DNA of 64,000 nucleotides from an uncultured Gammaproteobacteria bacterium. GTDB lineage: Bacteria > Patescibacteriota > Microgenomatia > CAYGWK01. The stretch is taken from NCBI GenBank assembly GCA_964353785.1, contig CAYGWK010000002.1, positions 40,293-104,292 on the forward strand, in the 5' to 3' direction. The position numbers and the translations under genes are program-made. How positions within the stretch are numbered: position 1 is the stretch's first letter; every line of letters begins with the position of its first letter. The notes beneath the pieces were generated by a model that was given only the letters and a program-made list of their open reading frames with translations, was not told the DNA's origin and made no database searches. Below are positions 39,722-50,701 of this stretch, piece after piece.

Positions 39722-40003
39722 TCACCCTTTGATAATTTTGCGAAGGGAGCGGCCTGGAGAAAAACGAGGAGCTCGATGAGATTTAACGATTTTTTTCTCA
39801 CCCGTTTTGGGAACAATAACCGCTTTATCTTTAACTGTCACTACTCTAAATGTTCCAAATCCAGACAAAATTACCTTTTCTCCTTTAATTAGGGCTTTTT
39901 CAATCTCCGACAAAAAATTCTCAATCGCCTCCAAAGAGGCTTTTTTGGTTAAGTGGGCTTTGCGGGCAACAATCTCCACTAATTCGCTTTTTCGCATGGC
40001 CAT
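39722..40003 (-). CDS. hup: HU family DNA-binding protein (start possibly 39997)
   Basis: KSELVE, GFGTF, P.F.PG. Confidence 0.9.
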   Translation of the reverse strand: MAMRKSELVEIVARKAHLTKKASLEAIENFLSEIEKALIKGEKVILSGFGTFRVVTVKDKAVIVPKTGEKKIVKSHRAPRFSPGRSLRKIIKG

Positions 40004-40046
40004 ACTATTTAAATATAAAAATTAAAATTTGTCAAGATGCTTCCAA

Positions 40047-41288
40047 TCATTTAGCTGTTTCTGTCGCTCTCGTTTCCCTAATTGCCACCACTTTAATTTG
40101 ACCGATTGCCCTAGCTTCTTCTTCAAGTTTCTCGGCAATTTTTTTGGTTAAGGCTGGAAGTTCGCTATCAAGAACCTCTTCTGGCTTAACTATAACCCGA
40201 ATCTCTCCTCCTCCCTGGTAGGCGGCTACATCCGAAACTTGAGGAAAGCTTTTTACCAACTCCTCAATATGGGTCATTCTTTTAAGATATTCTTCAATTG
40301 GCTCATAACGAGCACCCGGACGGCTACCTGAGGCGCTATCGGCAATCCAAACAATGGCCGACTCAATCGAGGAAAAAGGCTTGTCCTCATGATGTTCGGC
40401 AACAGCCGCAATCACCTTCTCGGAAATCCGGTATTTCTTTAAAAACTCAACCCCAAGTTCAACATGGGTACCCTCTTCTTCAGTTATAACTTTGCCAATA
40501 TCATGAAGAAGGCAACCCAAACGGACAGTATTTATATCTGCTTTAAGTTCCAAAGCAATGGCTACCCCAATTTTTGTTTCCTCAATTGTGTGCTGGGCCA
40601 GATTTTGACCAAAGGAGAATCGGTATTTATACTTACCAATTGTTTTTATTAAATCTAGGTGAAGGTTATAGACTCCGACAGAATGGCAAATTTTTCTTCC
40701 TTCCTCAAAAAGAATGTGCTCCATTTGTTTTTTGGTTTGGGAAACGAGTTCTTCTATTCTCCCAGGTTGGATTCGGCCGTCACGAATAAGTTTTTCCAAA
40801 GAAATTTTGGCAATTTCTCTCCTTATTGAGTCAAATGAAGAAATCCGAAGATCTAAGGTCTCGTCAAGTTCAATTTCAACCCCGGTCGCCTGTTCAAAAG
40901 CGCGAATATTTCTTCCTTCTCGGCCAATAATTCTCCCTTTTATTTCCTCATCCGCCAGCCTTATGGTTGAAACAGTATATTCAGAAACCCAATCAGTTAC
41001 CCCATGCCTCATTGCCTCAACCAAAACCTCTTTGGCAATCTCTGCGGCAGTGGCTTTAATTTCATCCTCTGCTTCCTTAATTTTCCGGGAAATCTCGGCG
41101 GCTAACTTTTTCTCTGTTTCCTCAAGAACAAGTTTCCTTGCTTCATCCTTTGAAAGGCCTGAAGTTTTCTCCTTTTCTTTCTCAAGTTCTTCTTCTTTCT
41201 TTCGCAGTTCTTCTTCTTTTTTTACCAAATAAGAAGCCAGCTCAAGCTCGCTTGTTTTTTTCTTTGTTTGTCCACCAAAAATAGGCAT
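40047..41288 (-). CDS. rny: Ribonuclease Y (KH + HD), no N-terminal TM
   Basis: KGRIIGREGRNIR, LLHDIGK, RPGAR. Confidence 0.93.
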   Translation of the reverse strand: MPIFGGQTKKKTSELELASYLVKKEEELRKKEEELEKEKEKTSGLSKDEARKLVLEETEKKLAAEISRKIKEAEDEIKATAAEIAKEVLVEAMRHGVTDWVSEYTVSTIRLADEEIKGRIIGREGRNIRAFEQATGVEIELDETLDLRISSFDSIRREIAKISLEKLIRDGRIQPGRIEELVSQTKKQMEHILFEEGRKICHSVGVYNLHLDLIKTIGKYKYRFSFGQNLAQHTIEETKIGVAIALELKADINTVRLGCLLHDIGKVITEEEGTHVELGVEFLKKYRISEKVIAAVAEHHEDKPFSSIESAIVWIADSASGSRPGARYEPIEEYLKRMTHIEELVKSFPQVSDVAAYQGGGEIRVIVKPEEVLDSELPALTKKIAEKLEEEARAIGQIKVVAIRETRATETAK

Positions 41289-41293
41289 AAGTT

Positions 41294-41418
41294 TTCGACG
41301 AGAGAAAGGGGACGATGAAGAAAACGCTTTTTAAGCGCTTAAGTCAGGAAGAATTTTTGAGAATCTGAAATTCATGATTGTTTCTTTCATCATCCTGAAT
41401 TCTACTTTCGTCTTGAAA
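41294..41418 (-). ncRNA. Long hairpin with central bubble in rny leader, 6S RNA-like candidate
   Basis: GACGA/UCGUC and GGAUGAUGAA/UUCAUCGUCC stems; TATAAT at 41422-41427. Confidence 0.45.
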
Positions 41419-41427
41419 GAGATTATA

Positions 41428-42057
41428 CTACTTTTCCAATTTTTCGTCAATGATTTCTTTTACCGTCTCCCAAGAAAAGCCTCTTCTGGCTAAAGCGGAA
41501 GCCAGTTTCTGTTTCTGTTCAAGGTGAGAATAATGTTTTAGTGATTTCAATTTTTTTTCAGCCACCTTTTTGGCTAAGTCGTGCTCACTAAATGGCTTAA
41601 TGGCTAAATTGCTTAATTGCTGGTCAATAATTTCTCGCGTGACCCCTTTTTGCCGCAACTCTAGGGCTAATAATCTGGTTCCAGAAGGTCTAAAGGTAGT
41701 TCTTTGCTCAATCCACCATTTAGCAAATTCTTCATCATTAAGATATCCTAAGTGTTTTAATTTCTGGTATATTAATTTTTGAGTTTCTTCGCCGACTTGT
41801 TTTTTCTTAAACCAGTCTTTGAGTTCTTTTTCTGAACGGGGACGGTAGGAGAAAAATTTTAAAACTCGGTCATAAACTTTGACAAATTCATTTTCCTTAA
41901 CTAATTTTTCTATTTCTTCCTGGGAAATTTCTTGGTTAATCTTCAAACCTGATTTAACCAAAGTATCAGCATCCAGCCCAAAAGAGAATCTTCCATCAAC
42001 ATAAATATTAAATCTCTGTTTTCTTCTTTGGGGTTTAATATCAGTTATCTGTGGCAC
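41428..42057 (-). CDS. recX: Regulatory protein RecX
   Basis: RPRSEKEL, ELRQKG, LARRGF; follows recA. Confidence 0.9.
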   Translation of the reverse strand: MPQITDIKPQRRKQRFNIYVDGRFSFGLDADTLVKSGLKINQEISQEEIEKLVKENEFVKVYDRVLKFFSYRPRSEKELKDWFKKKQVGEETQKLIYQKLKHLGYLNDEEFAKWWIEQRTTFRPSGTRLLALELRQKGVTREIIDQQLSNLAIKPFSEHDLAKKVAEKKLKSLKHYSHLEQKQKLASALARRGFSWETVKEIIDEKLEK

Positions 42058-42082
42058 TTTATTGCAAAGCAACAAGCTCTGC

Positions 42083-43129
42083 TTATTCTTCCGAAGTCTC
42101 TTCGCCGATTTCTTTAGGAACTACTTTTTTGCCGGACTTGACCGTTTCCCAAATTTTCTTAGTGATCTCTCCGGAAAGCTTTGGATTTTCCTCTAAATAT
42201 AACTTGGCTGCTTCTCGTCCTTGACCTAAAAGTTTCTCACCATATTTTAAGAACGCCCCCGATTTGCCAATTATTCCCATTTCTATCCCTACATCCAAAA
42301 TTCCTCCGCTTTTTGAAATTCCCCCAATATTCATGATGTCAAATTCGGCGGCTCTAAAAGGTGGAGCAACTTTATTTTTGACTACCCTGGCTCGGTGGCG
42401 AGAACCAACCACCACTCCTTGCTGGTCTTTAATAGTATCAATTTTCCGGGTATCAATTCTCACCGAGGCGTAAAATTTCAAAGCCATTCCCCCTGTAGTT
42501 ACCTCGGGATTGCCAAACATCACCCCAATTTTATGGCGAAGTTGATTGGTAAAAATAACCACGGTTTTTGATTTGGAAATTGCTCCAGTAAGCTTGCGAA
42601 GCGCCTGACTCATCAATCTTGCCTGAACTCCAATCATGGCGTCTCCCATTTCTCCTTCAATTTCGGCCCTGGGAACCAAAGCGGCAACCGAATCAATGGC
42701 AATAACATCAATTGCACCAGAGCGAACCAGGGTTTCGACTATTTCCAAAGCCTGCTCACCAGTATCTGGTTGAGAAATCAACAAATCATCAAGTTTAACT
42801 CCAATTGATTCTGCCCGGAGAGGGTCTAAACCATGTTCGGCATCAACAAAGGCGGCCGTTCCCCCCATTTTTTGGGCTTCGGCAATAATGTGAAGAGCTA
42901 AGGTGGTTTTTCCTGAAGCCTCTGGTCCGTAGATTTCGCTAATTCTCCCTCGAGGAACTCCACCAACTCCCAAAGCCAAATCTAAAGCAATTGAGCCAGT
43001 GGGAATAACTTCAGTCATCATTCGACCAGCCGGCTGCTCACCCAACTTCATAATCGAACCCTTACCATACTGCTTTTCAATTTGCTCCATGGCAATTTTT
43101 ATTGCTTCAAGTTTTTGATTGGTAGCCAT
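42083..43129 (-). CDS. recA: Recombinase A
   Basis: [24 protein letters not shown]. Confidence 0.99.
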   Translation of the reverse strand: MATNQKLEAIKIAMEQIEKQYGKGSIMKLGEQPAGRMMTEVIPTGSIALDLALGVGGVPRGRISEIYGPEASGKTTLALHIIAEAQKMGGTAAFVDAEHGLDPLRAESIGVKLDDLLISQPDTGEQALEIVETLVRSGAIDVIAIDSVAALVPRAEIEGEMGDAMIGVQARLMSQALRKLTGAISKSKTVVIFTNQLRHKIGVMFGNPEVTTGGMALKFYASVRIDTRKIDTIKDQQGVVVGSRHRARVVKNKVAPPFRAAEFDIMNIGGISKSGGILDVGIEMGIIGKSGAFLKYGEKLLGQGREAAKLYLEENPKLSGEITKKIWETVKSGKKVVPKEIGEETSEE

Positions 43130-43179
43130 GGCGTTTTCTTTTTATCACAATTTTTGCTAAAATACAAGCAAGAGTTTTT

Positions 43180-43256
43180 CGGAGAGTGGCGCAATTGGTT
43201 AGCGCACCAGGCTGGGGGTCTGGGGGTTGGGGGTTCGAGTCCCCCCTCTCCGACCA
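43180..43256 (+). tRNA. tRNA-Pro(GGG) with CCA
   Basis: CGGAGAG..CCAGG-CT-GGG-GG-TCTGG..TTCGAGT..CTCTCCG-A-CCA. Confidence 0.96.
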
Positions 43257-43261
43257 AAAGA

Positions 43262-43681
43262 TTATCTCTTCGGGCTCTGTTTCTTCCTTCTCGCCTTCCC
43301 GCCCATACCCACCTTGCGGCGTTCACGGGTCCGAGAATCACGAGTAAGAAGTTTGGCTTTTTTAAGTACTGGTCTAAAATTTTCTTTGTCAAGTGAGGCC
43401 AACGCCCGAGAAAGACCGTGAACCACCGCCCCAAGTTGGCCATTTTTTCCTCCACCAGAGACCTTAATCGTCGCATAATATTTACCGGCTGTATCAGTCA
43501 ATTCAAAAGGACTCGTGTGTGCAACTCTGGAAACCTCACTCGGAAAATACTCTCCGATGGGCAGGTTATTAACTAAAGTTTCTCCTTTACCTTTATATAA
43601 TCTTATCCGAGCAATAGATTCTTTTCTCCGGCCAACGGCATGGATAATTTCTGGTTTTTCTACTTTTTTTGTTCTTGGCAT
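43262..43681 (-). CDS. rpsI: 30S ribosomal protein S9
   Basis: GRRK, GGG, LTRD, SPKR. Confidence 0.97.
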   Translation of the reverse strand: MPRTKKVEKPEIIHAVGRRKESIARIRLYKGKGETLVNNLPIGEYFPSEVSRVAHTSPFELTDTAGKYYATIKVSGGGKNGQLGAVVHGLSRALASLDKENFRPVLKKAKLLTRDSRTRERRKVGMGGKARRKKQSPKR

Positions 43682-43683
43682 AT

Positions 43684-44100
43684 TTACTCTTTGAATTTAT
43701 CTTTATAAGGATGCTCTTCTGCCGCAAAGACAAATAATCTTTTAAGCATTCTATCCCTTAATTTATTTTGGGGTAGCATTCCGGAAACGGCGTGGATAAT
43801 GATTTTTTCCGGCTGTTTCGACCGAAGTTCTCCAAGAGAAACTGCTTTAAGTCCTCCTGGATATCCAGAGTGGCGAAAGTATGTTTTTTGTTTTTCTTTC
43901 TTGCCAGTCACCGCCACATGTGCCGCATTTATCACCACCACAAAGTCTCCACAATCCAAATAAGAGACAAAATAAGGCTTTTTCTTGCCAATTAAAAGTT
44001 CGGCAATTTCAGTAGACACTCTTCCTAAAATTTTCTCTTTGGCGTCAACTAAATGCCATGCTCGTTTGATATCTTTAATGCTTGGTGAATAAGTTCTCAT
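43684..44100 (-). CDS. rplM: 50S ribosomal protein L13
   Basis: WHLVDA, HSGYPGG. Confidence 0.97.
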   Translation of the reverse strand: MRTYSPSIKDIKRAWHLVDAKEKILGRVSTEIAELLIGKKKPYFVSYLDCGDFVVVINAAHVAVTGKKEKQKTYFRHSGYPGGLKAVSLGELRSKQPEKIIIHAVSGMLPQNKLRDRMLKRLFVFAAEEHPYKDKFKE

Positions 44101-44504
44101 CGTGTTGCAGGTTTTTCCTTCGGTTTCTTAACTTCAGGCTTTTCTTCGACTCCTTCCATAAACTCTATTTTAACCATCATCGCCTGGTCTCCCTCTCTTT
44201 TTCCCAAACGCAAGATCCTGGTAAAACCACTTTGGCGCTCCTTAAATTTTGGGGCAATTTCATCAACTAGCCTTGAAACTACTTTTTTATCTTGTAAAAA
44301 GGCAATTAAAAGCCGCCGGGCTGACAGAGTCTGCTGTTTTGCTCGAGTAACTAATTTATCAACTAATTTTTTAATCGCCTTAGCCTTTGCTTCGGTAGTT
44401 TTAATCTCGCCATGAAGGATAAGGGAAGAAGTTAAATTTTTAAAAAGGGCTTTTCTCTCGTTCCGATTGCGCCCCAATTTTTTCCCAGAAACCCGATGCC
44501 TCAT
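44097..44504 (-). CDS. rplQ: 50S ribosomal protein L17
   Basis: MRHR..KLGR, TTEAKAK. Confidence 0.97.
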   Translation of the reverse strand: MRHRVSGKKLGRNRNERKALFKNLTSSLILHGEIKTTEAKAKAIKKLVDKLVTRAKQQTLSARRLLIAFLQDKKVVSRLVDEIAPKFKERQSGFTRILRLGKREGDQAMMVKIEFMEGVEEKPEVKKPKEKPATR

Positions 44505-45415
44505 TGTGGAAACTCAACCCCTTTTTCCGAAAGAGCGGCTTCAATAATTTTAATTGATTTAGTACCTAAATTTTTAACCTTGGAGATATCCTTCTTTGAA
44601 ACAGAAACAAGATCCTCGATAGTCTTATAACCGGCTTTCTCCAAAGCGTTAACAATTCTTGTTGGCAGCGCCAATTCCTCAACCATAAGCTTTAAAACCT
44701 CTGGGGAAATTTGGACTTTTTCTTCTTCTTTAACTTTTGGTTTCTTCGGCTCAACAATCTGCTCAAAATAAGGAATGATAGTTTTTGCCGCTTGTTTGAC
44801 CGCTGCCAAAGGAGAAATTGTTCCATCGGTTGATACTTCTAATATAAGTTTGTCAAAATTAGTCATTCTGCCAACCCGAGTTGCCTCAACCCTAGAATTT
44901 ACTCGGACCACTGGAGAAAAGAGAGCATCTATTGGGACTGTTCCCAAGGTCTCGGATTTTCTCTCCTCAAAAGGAGAATAGCCGTATCCTTTCTCAACCG
45001 TCATTTCAAGTGAGACTTTTGACTTTTTATCAGCCAAGGTCCCCAAAACTAAATCTTTATTAACAACCTGAACACTTGCCGGAGTTTTGATTTCTGAAGC
45101 CTTAATTTCTCCCGGGCCTGAAGCCTCAAGTTTAATTTTGACTTCTTTGTCTCCACCATAACGGATTCTTAATTTTTTAATATTTAAAATAAACTCAACT
45201 ACATCTTCCTTAAGACCAGGGATGGTGGTAAATTGATGGCGAACTCCAGCAATCTTAACAAAAGTAACCGCCGCCCCAGGGAGAGAAGTTAAAAGAACCC
45301 TCCGTAAGGCATTCCCAACCGTTAATCCATAACCCTGTTCTAGGGGTTCAAGAATAAAAACTCCTTCTGTTGGAGTTTCTTTTTCGGTTTTAATTTGAAA
45401 AATAGGTTGAGTCAT
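44501..45415 (-). CDS. rpoA: RNA polymerase alpha subunit
   Basis: EPLEQGYG.TVGNALRRVLL. Confidence 0.98.
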   Translation of the reverse strand: MTQPIFQIKTEKETPTEGVFILEPLEQGYGLTVGNALRRVLLTSLPGAAVTFVKIAGVRHQFTTIPGLKEDVVEFILNIKKLRIRYGGDKEVKIKLEASGPGEIKASEIKTPASVQVVNKDLVLGTLADKKSKVSLEMTVEKGYGYSPFEERKSETLGTVPIDALFSPVVRVNSRVEATRVGRMTNFDKLILEVSTDGTISPLAAVKQAAKTIIPYFEQIVEPKKPKVKEEEKVQISPEVLKLMVEELALPTRIVNALEKAGYKTIEDLVSVSKKDISKVKNLGTKSIKIIEAALSEKGVEFPQ

Positions 45416-45417
45416 AA

Positions 45418-46041
45418 TTACCGTGAGTAATATTCTACTATCAATTGCTCTAAAATTTCACCTTCTCCCTCTTCTCTTTTAGGAAGCCGCTTTACCCTGC
45501 CAACCGCTCCCTTTCTCTCAAACCACTCAGGTATTATAACATTTTTTTGAGCTAAAATCTCTTTGATTTCAGGAATTTCAAAAGCCTTAAGTGAGAGGGT
45601 TATTATCTCGCCCACCTTAACTTGATAAGAAGGAATGCTTACTTTTTTATCATTAACCAAAACGTGGCCATGAGAAACAAGTTGTCGGGCAATTGAACGT
45701 GATGGGCTAAATCCCAACCGAAAAATCGCATTATCAAGCCGTCGTTCAAGCATCCCAAGTAAGGCTTCACCAGTTACTCCTTTGAATTTTCTCGCCTTTT
45801 CAAAATATTTTTTAAACTGCCGCTCTCCTACCCCATAGATTCTTTTTGCCTTTTGTTTCTCCCGAAGTTGAAGTCCATATTCTGAAGGCCTTCTTTTTCT
45901 CTTACTTCCCACCATTCCTGGAGGAACTGCTCCTTTTCTCTCAATTGGGCATTTTGGGCTAAAACATCTTTTCCCTTTTAGAAAAAGTTTTACTCCTTCT
46001 CGGCGACAAAGCCGGCATTTTGCGTCAAGATATCTTGCCAT
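45418..46041 (-). CDS. rpsD: 30S ribosomal protein S4
   Basis: CRLCRREG, ERRLDN, EYYSR. Confidence 0.98.
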   Translation of the reverse strand: MARYLDAKCRLCRREGVKLFLKGKRCFSPKCPIERKGAVPPGMVGSKRKRRPSEYGLQLREKQKAKRIYGVGERQFKKYFEKARKFKGVTGEALLGMLERRLDNAIFRLGFSPSRSIARQLVSHGHVLVNDKKVSIPSYQVKVGEIITLSLKAFEIPEIKEILAQKNVIIPEWFERKGAVGRVKRLPKREEGEGEILEQLIVEYYSR

Positions 46042-46418
46042 TAGACTCTCCTTTTTTTCTTTGCTCTTGTTCCATTATGAGGAATGGGGGTGATATCGGC
46101 AATTAAATTCATCTTAATCCCAGAGGCGCGAATTGCCCGAAGAGTAGCGTCTCTACCTGGACCTGGTCCTTTAATATAAACTTCAACTTCACGCACACCA
46201 AGCTCCAAGATTTTTTTGGTAAGTTTCTCCACTGTGGTCGTGGCCGCAAAGGGAGTAGCTTTCTTGGTTCCCCGAAATCCGGCGCTTCCGCAAGATTGCC
46301 AAGCAATGGTATTTCCCAAAAGATCGCAAGCGGTCACTAAAGTATTATTGAAGGTGGCGGTCACATAAATTTTTGCTTGCTCAGTTAATTTTTTCTTTTT
46401 CGTTTTTACTTTTTTCAT
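46041..46418 (-). CDS. rpsK: 30S ribosomal protein S11
   Basis: TFNNT, GPGPGR, TPIPHNG. Confidence 0.97.
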   Translation of the reverse strand: MKKVKTKKKKLTEQAKIYVTATFNNTLVTACDLLGNTIAWQSCGSAGFRGTKKATPFAATTTVEKLTKKILELGVREVEVYIKGPGPGRDATLRAIRASGIKMNLIADITPIPHNGTRAKKKRRV

Positions 46419-46858
46419 ACCTTAGTAGCCTCCTCGGTTGGCTTTGGCGACGGTGGGGTTGGGGCGGTCACTTCTCCTGTCCTGGTCAAAATTTCTTTTT
46501 TCATGGCGCCAATAGTCACCCTTTTGCCTCTTTTGGTTCGGGCATTAGTTCTGGTCCGCTGTCCCCGAACCGGAAGGTTTCTGGCATGCCTTACCCCCCG
46601 GTAACTTCCGATTTCCTTAAGCCGTTTGATATCTTCGCTCACTTCTCTACGGAGTTCACCCTCAATTTTAAGGGTTTCTAGGACTTTTGAGATTTTGGCA
46701 ATCTCCTCACCAGTTAGGTCTTTTGCTTTCTTTGTCCCGTCTACGCCAGCCTTTTTAAGGATTAAATCCACGTTTTTTCTCCCTACTCCATAAAGGTAGG
46801 TTAAAGAAATCCAAGTTGGTTTTTCCTCGGGTATATCAACTCCAGCGATTCTTGGCAT
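46415..46858 (-). CDS. rpsM: 30S ribosomal protein S13
   Basis: MPRIAG, LPVRGQRTRTNART. Confidence 0.97.
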   Translation of the reverse strand: MPRIAGVDIPEEKPTWISLTYLYGVGRKNVDLILKKAGVDGTKKAKDLTGEEIAKISKVLETLKIEGELRREVSEDIKRLKEIGSYRGVRHARNLPVRGQRTRTNARTKRGKRVTIGAMKKEILTRTGEVTAPTPPSPKPTEEATKV

Positions 46859-46866
46859 AAATAATC

Positions 46867-46980
46867 TTATCCTTGCCTTTGTTTGTGCCGGGGATTTGAA
46901 CAGATAACAAAAAGCATCCCCCGCCGCCTGACAATTTTGCAATTTTTACACCTTTTTTTGACTGATGCTTGAACTTTCAT
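46867..46980 (-). CDS. rpmJ: 50S ribosomal protein L36 (not in ORF track)
   Basis: [37 protein letters not shown]. Confidence 0.97.
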   Translation of the reverse strand: MKVQASVKKRCKNCKIVRRRGMLFVICSNPRHKQRQG

Positions 46981-46981
46981 A

Positions 46982-47200
46982 CTATTTATATCGAAAAACA
47001 ATCCTTCCTTTCGTCTCATCATATAGGGTGACTTCTACCTTAACTTTGTCTCCAGGCAAAATCCGAATATGGTTCATCCTCATTTTTCCAGAAAGATGAC
47101 AAAGCAAAATTCTTCCATCGAGAATTTTTACCCGAAAAAGGGTATTGGGCAAGGCTTCAACTACCTCGCCATCATGTTCAACTGTTCCCTGGTGTATCAT
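46982..47200 (-). CDS. infA: Translation initiation factor IF-1
   Basis: EALPN, SGKMR, GRI. Confidence 0.97.
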   Translation of the reverse strand: MIHQGTVEHDGEVVEALPNTLFRVKILDGRILLCHLSGKMRMNHIRILPGDKVKVEVTLYDETKGRIVFRYK

Positions 47201-47952
47201 CTGGTTAAAACCAAAGGACCGCCAGCGGTAACCGCTACGGTCTCTTCAAAAAGCCCGGCTATTTTACCATCTTTTGTTTTAATTGTCCAGCCATCAGAGG
47301 TTAAAACCACTTCTGGCAAGCCAAGATTATAGATAATCTCAATTGCCAACGTCATCCCTTTTTTAAGTTTTGGTGTTTTTTCTACTTCTCCTTCAAAAAA
47401 ACAAGGAATTTGGGGTTCCTCATGAAGTTTCCTGCCAACCCCGTGCCCTGTCAAAGCCCGCACCGGAGAAAATCCCGCCTTTTTAATTTCCTCCTCAATC
47501 ACCTTGCTTATCTGCCCCAAATAATTCCCGGGTCTTACCATTTCAATCGCCTTCTCCAGGGCTCTTTTTCCCGCCTCCAAAAATTCTTCGCTTTTCACTA
47601 GCCACTTGCCACTACCCACTACTATCGTTGTCGCTTTATCGGTGTGGAATCTCTGATAAAAAATTCCTGCATCAAGACTCAAAAGATCGCCCTCTTTTAG
47701 TCGGTAACCGCCAGGAATTCCATGAACCACTCCTTGATTGATATTAATACAGGTGCTCCAGTGGTATCCTGGAACCATTTTAAACGATGGTTTCCCTTTT
47801 TCTTTTTTAATGAGCGCTTCGGCTTGCTCATCAAGCCTTTTAGTTTTAAGTCCTGGTTTTGCCTCTTTTAAAACCTGGTCAAAAACTCGGGCCAGCCTTC
47901 TCCCTCCCTCTCTCATAATTTCTATTTCTTCTTCGGTTTTTAGCGGAATCAT
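47197..47952 (-). CDS. map: Methionine aminopeptidase
   Basis: VVHGIP, GHGVG..LHEEP. Confidence 0.95.
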   Translation of the reverse strand: MIPLKTEEEIEIMREGGRRLARVFDQVLKEAKPGLKTKRLDEQAEALIKKEKGKPSFKMVPGYHWSTCININQGVVHGIPGGYRLKEGDLLSLDAGIFYQRFHTDKATTIVVGSGKWLVKSEEFLEAGKRALEKAIEMVRPGNYLGQISKVIEEEIKKAGFSPVRALTGHGVGRKLHEEPQIPCFFEGEVEKTPKLKKGMTLAIEIIYNLGLPEVVLTSDGWTIKTKDGKIAGLFEETVAVTAGGPLVLTR

Positions 47953-48479
47953 TTCTTAAGTCTTCCTAAAATGTCTTGGTGAATTTCTTCAATTGGCCGT
48001 TCCCCCCAAACCGCCAACAAAATCCCCTTTTGCCGATAAAATTCTAAAACTGGTTCGGTTTGATGATGATAAATTTCTAACCGCTTTTTAATTAATTCCG
48101 GAGTGTCGTCTTTTCTTTCCCTCTTAAGTAAACGTTTCATATTCTCCTCGTCGGAGACATCAACGTAAATCACCATATCTTGAGGAAATTGAAAATCCCG
48201 AGCCTGAGAAAGCGATCTCGGAAATCCGTCAATCACCACTCCATTTTTATAACTTGGAGATTTTAGTTGTTCGCTTATGATATCAACCGTCAGTCTCCCC
48301 TCAACCAAACTTCCAGTTTCCATTGCCTCCTTAATCTTTCGTCCTCTTTCTGAGTTTTCTTGGGAAAGATAATAAAGTAAGTCACCTGCCTCAAGACAAG
48401 GAACGCTAAGAAACTCCGCTAAAAGTTTTGCCTGGGTTGATTTACCAGAACCAGGTGGTCCCATGATTATAATATTCAT
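47949..48479 (-). CDS. adk: Adenylate kinase (short LID)
   Basis: GPPGSGKST, DGFPR, RKDD. Confidence 0.93.
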   Translation of the reverse strand: MNIIIMGPPGSGKSTQAKLLAEFLSVPCLEAGDLLYYLSQENSERGRKIKEAMETGSLVEGRLTVDIISEQLKSPSYKNGVVIDGFPRSLSQARDFQFPQDMVIYVDVSDEENMKRLLKRERKDDTPELIKKRLEIYHHQTEPVLEFYRQKGILLAVWGERPIEEIHQDILGRLKK

Positions 48480-49772
48480 TTAATATCCCTCCAAAAACTT
48501 TTCGTAACCTCGCATTTGAATCATGTTTTCAATTACTTTAACTGTCTCCAAAACCACCGAGACGACAATTAATATTCCCGTTCCGCCAATGGTTAAAGTC
48601 GCCACCCCAGTCATTCCTTGGGCAATCGAGGGCAAAACGGCGATAAGTCCCAAAAAGATGGCCCCGGCCAAAGTAATTCTAGTTAAAATCCAATTTAAAA
48701 AGTCTGCCGTTGGCGGTCCAGGACGAATTCCCGGAATAAACCCTCCATATTTTTTAATCTCGTCAGCAATTTTTGTCGGATTAAAAATAACCGCAGTGTA
48801 AAAATAGGTAAAACCAACTACCAGGAAAAAGTAGGTAAGATTGTAGATAAAACTTCCGGGGTTAAAAAGAGTAGCCAGCGAGCGAGCAATTGTGGAGATG
48901 GTTGGGTTTGGAACTTGCTCTAAAAATCTGCCAAACATTGAGGGGAGCAAAACTAAAGAGATGGCAAAAATAATAGGAATCACCCCGGCTTGGTTAACCC
49001 GTAAAGGTAAATAGGTGCTTTGACCGCCATACATTCGGCCACCCCTTATTCTTTTAGCATATTCAACCCGAATTTGGCGCGAAGCCTCATTAACAATAGT
49101 AATTGCCCCAATGACCAAAACCGCCATTACCAGAAAAACCAAAAGATTAAAAAAGTTTTGGGCTTCAAAAGTGGCCAAGGTCTGACCTAAAGCCACCGGA
49201 AATCGACCAACAATTCCGGCAAAAATAAGAAGAGAAATCCCATTGCCAATCCCCTCTTCTGAAATAAGTTCTCCAAGCCACATTAGAAAAATCGTTCCAC
49301 AAGTCATCGTCGTCACCATTGAAAGAATTTGTAAAGGAGAAAGACTCCCCATTATTCCTTGATTTTTCAAAAGGGCATACATTCCCAAAGCCTGAAGAGC
49401 GGCCAGAGGAACAGTCAAAATTCTGGTGTATTGATTAATCTTTTCCCGACCATATTCTCCTTCTTTTGAAAGCTCCTCAAGGCGAGGAAAAACCATCGTT
49501 AAAAGTTGAAAAATAATCGAGGCGTTAATATAAGGATTAAGCCCTAAAGCCATAACCGAGAAATTTGCCAGAGTGCCGCCAGAGAAGATATCTAAAAGTC
49601 CTAAAAACTGACTTCTTTGAAAAAGAGCTCGCAAAGAGGCAAGATCAACTCCAGGAACAGGAATGTGGGCCGCCAGCCTGAAAATGACAAAAATTCCGGC
49701 AGTAAAAAGAAGTTTCTTTCGAAGATCTGGAATTTTAAAAGCGGTGGTCAAGATTTCAATAATCTTATTCAT
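48480..49772 (-). CDS. secY: Preprotein translocase SecY
   Basis: [19 protein letters not shown]. Confidence 0.98.
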   Translation of the reverse strand: MNKIIEILTTAFKIPDLRKKLLFTAGIFVIFRLAAHIPVPGVDLASLRALFQRSQFLGLLDIFSGGTLANFSVMALGLNPYINASIIFQLLTMVFPRLEELSKEGEYGREKINQYTRILTVPLAALQALGMYALLKNQGIMGSLSPLQILSMVTTMTCGTIFLMWLGELISEEGIGNGISLLIFAGIVGRFPVALGQTLATFEAQNFFNLLVFLVMAVLVIGAITIVNEASRQIRVEYAKRIRGGRMYGGQSTYLPLRVNQAGVIPIIFAISLVLLPSMFGRFLEQVPNPTISTIARSLATLFNPGSFIYNLTYFFLVVGFTYFYTAVIFNPTKIADEIKKYGGFIPGIRPGPPTADFLNWILTRITLAGAIFLGLIAVLPSIAQGMTGVATLTIGGTGILIVVSVVLETVKVIENMIQMRGYEKFLEGY

Positions 49773-50233
49773 TTCTTTTTCTGGGAAAGTTCCACCTTTC
49801 CCCCTGCTTCCTCTATTTTTTTCTTTGCCCCTTTTGAGCAGGGAAGTAAAACTTTTAGAGGAATATTAAGTTTTCCCTCACCTAAAATTTTAACACCTAA
49901 TGCTTTCCCATCTTCAAGTTTTATTATTCCTTTCTCGCTCAAGGTCTTAACCGTTACTTCTTCTTTTGGAGAAAAAAGATTTAAATATTTAAGGTTAACC
50001 ACAACTGATTTCTTTGAAACCGGTTTAAATTTGCCTTTACCCCTAAGCAAGGGCAGTCTTTTAAGAAGAGACTTTTTAATCTTTGTTCCTTCAAAAAGAA
50101 GAGGCACTTTTCCTCGAGCCTTCTGGCCTTTGGCACCCCGACCGACGGTGTGACCACCCTTACCAGAACCGATTCCTCGGCCAATTCGTTTCTTCTTTTT
50201 CGTTTTAATTTTAGGGAGTTTTTCTAGTTTCAT
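49769..50233 (-). CDS. rplO: 50S ribosomal protein L15
   Basis: [15 protein letters not shown]. Confidence 0.96.
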   Translation of the reverse strand: MKLEKLPKIKTKKKKRIGRGIGSGKGGHTVGRGAKGQKARGKVPLLFEGTKIKKSLLKRLPLLRGKGKFKPVSKKSVVVNLKYLNLFSPKEEVTVKTLSEKGIIKLEDGKALGVKILGEGKLNIPLKVLLPCSKGAKKKIEEAGGKVELSQKKK

Positions 50234-50699
50234 GGCTTTGTAACCTCTTCAGGGCTTCAAAAGTGGCATAAACATTTGAAGCCTGATTTCGAGTTCCTAA
50301 AATCTTAGAAACTATATCTTTAATTCCGGCCGCCTCAACAACGGAACGGACCGCCCCGCCGGCAATCACCCCTGAACCTTTTGGGGCAGGCTTAAGCAAA
50401 ACTTTGGCTGCTCCTAGTTTAACAAAAATTTGGTGGGGAATAGTTGTATCTTTGAGGGAAACAGAGATTAAATGTTTTTTAGCGTAATTTGTTCCTTTTA
50501 AAACTGCCGAGGAGACATCAGTCGCCCTACCTAAACCAACGCCAACCTTTCCCTTTTTGTCCCCAACCACCACCAAAACCGAAAAGGCAATTCTATTTCC
50601 TCCTTTTGTTTTTTTAGAAACCCTATTTACCTGAACTACTTTCTCCTCAAACTCTTCTTCGGTTTTTACTTCTTGGGAAATTTTTGGTTTTTGAAACAT
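50211..50699 (-). CDS. rpsE: 30S ribosomal protein S5
   Basis: RVSKKTKGG, GVIAGG. Confidence 0.97.
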   Translation of the reverse strand: MFQKPKISQEVKTEEEFEEKVVQVNRVSKKTKGGNRIAFSVLVVVGDKKGKVGVGLGRATDVSSAVLKGTNYAKKHLISVSLKDTTIPHQIFVKLGAAKVLLKPAPKGSGVIAGGAVRSVVEAAGIKDIVSKILGTRNQASNVYATFEALKRLQSHETRKTP

Positions 50700-50701
50700 C
50701 G

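Noticed and set aside
43082-43476. ORFs overlapping tRNA-Pro and rpsI
   Set aside because: Shadow ORFs over real genes; the same applies to the other short antisense ORFs in the track
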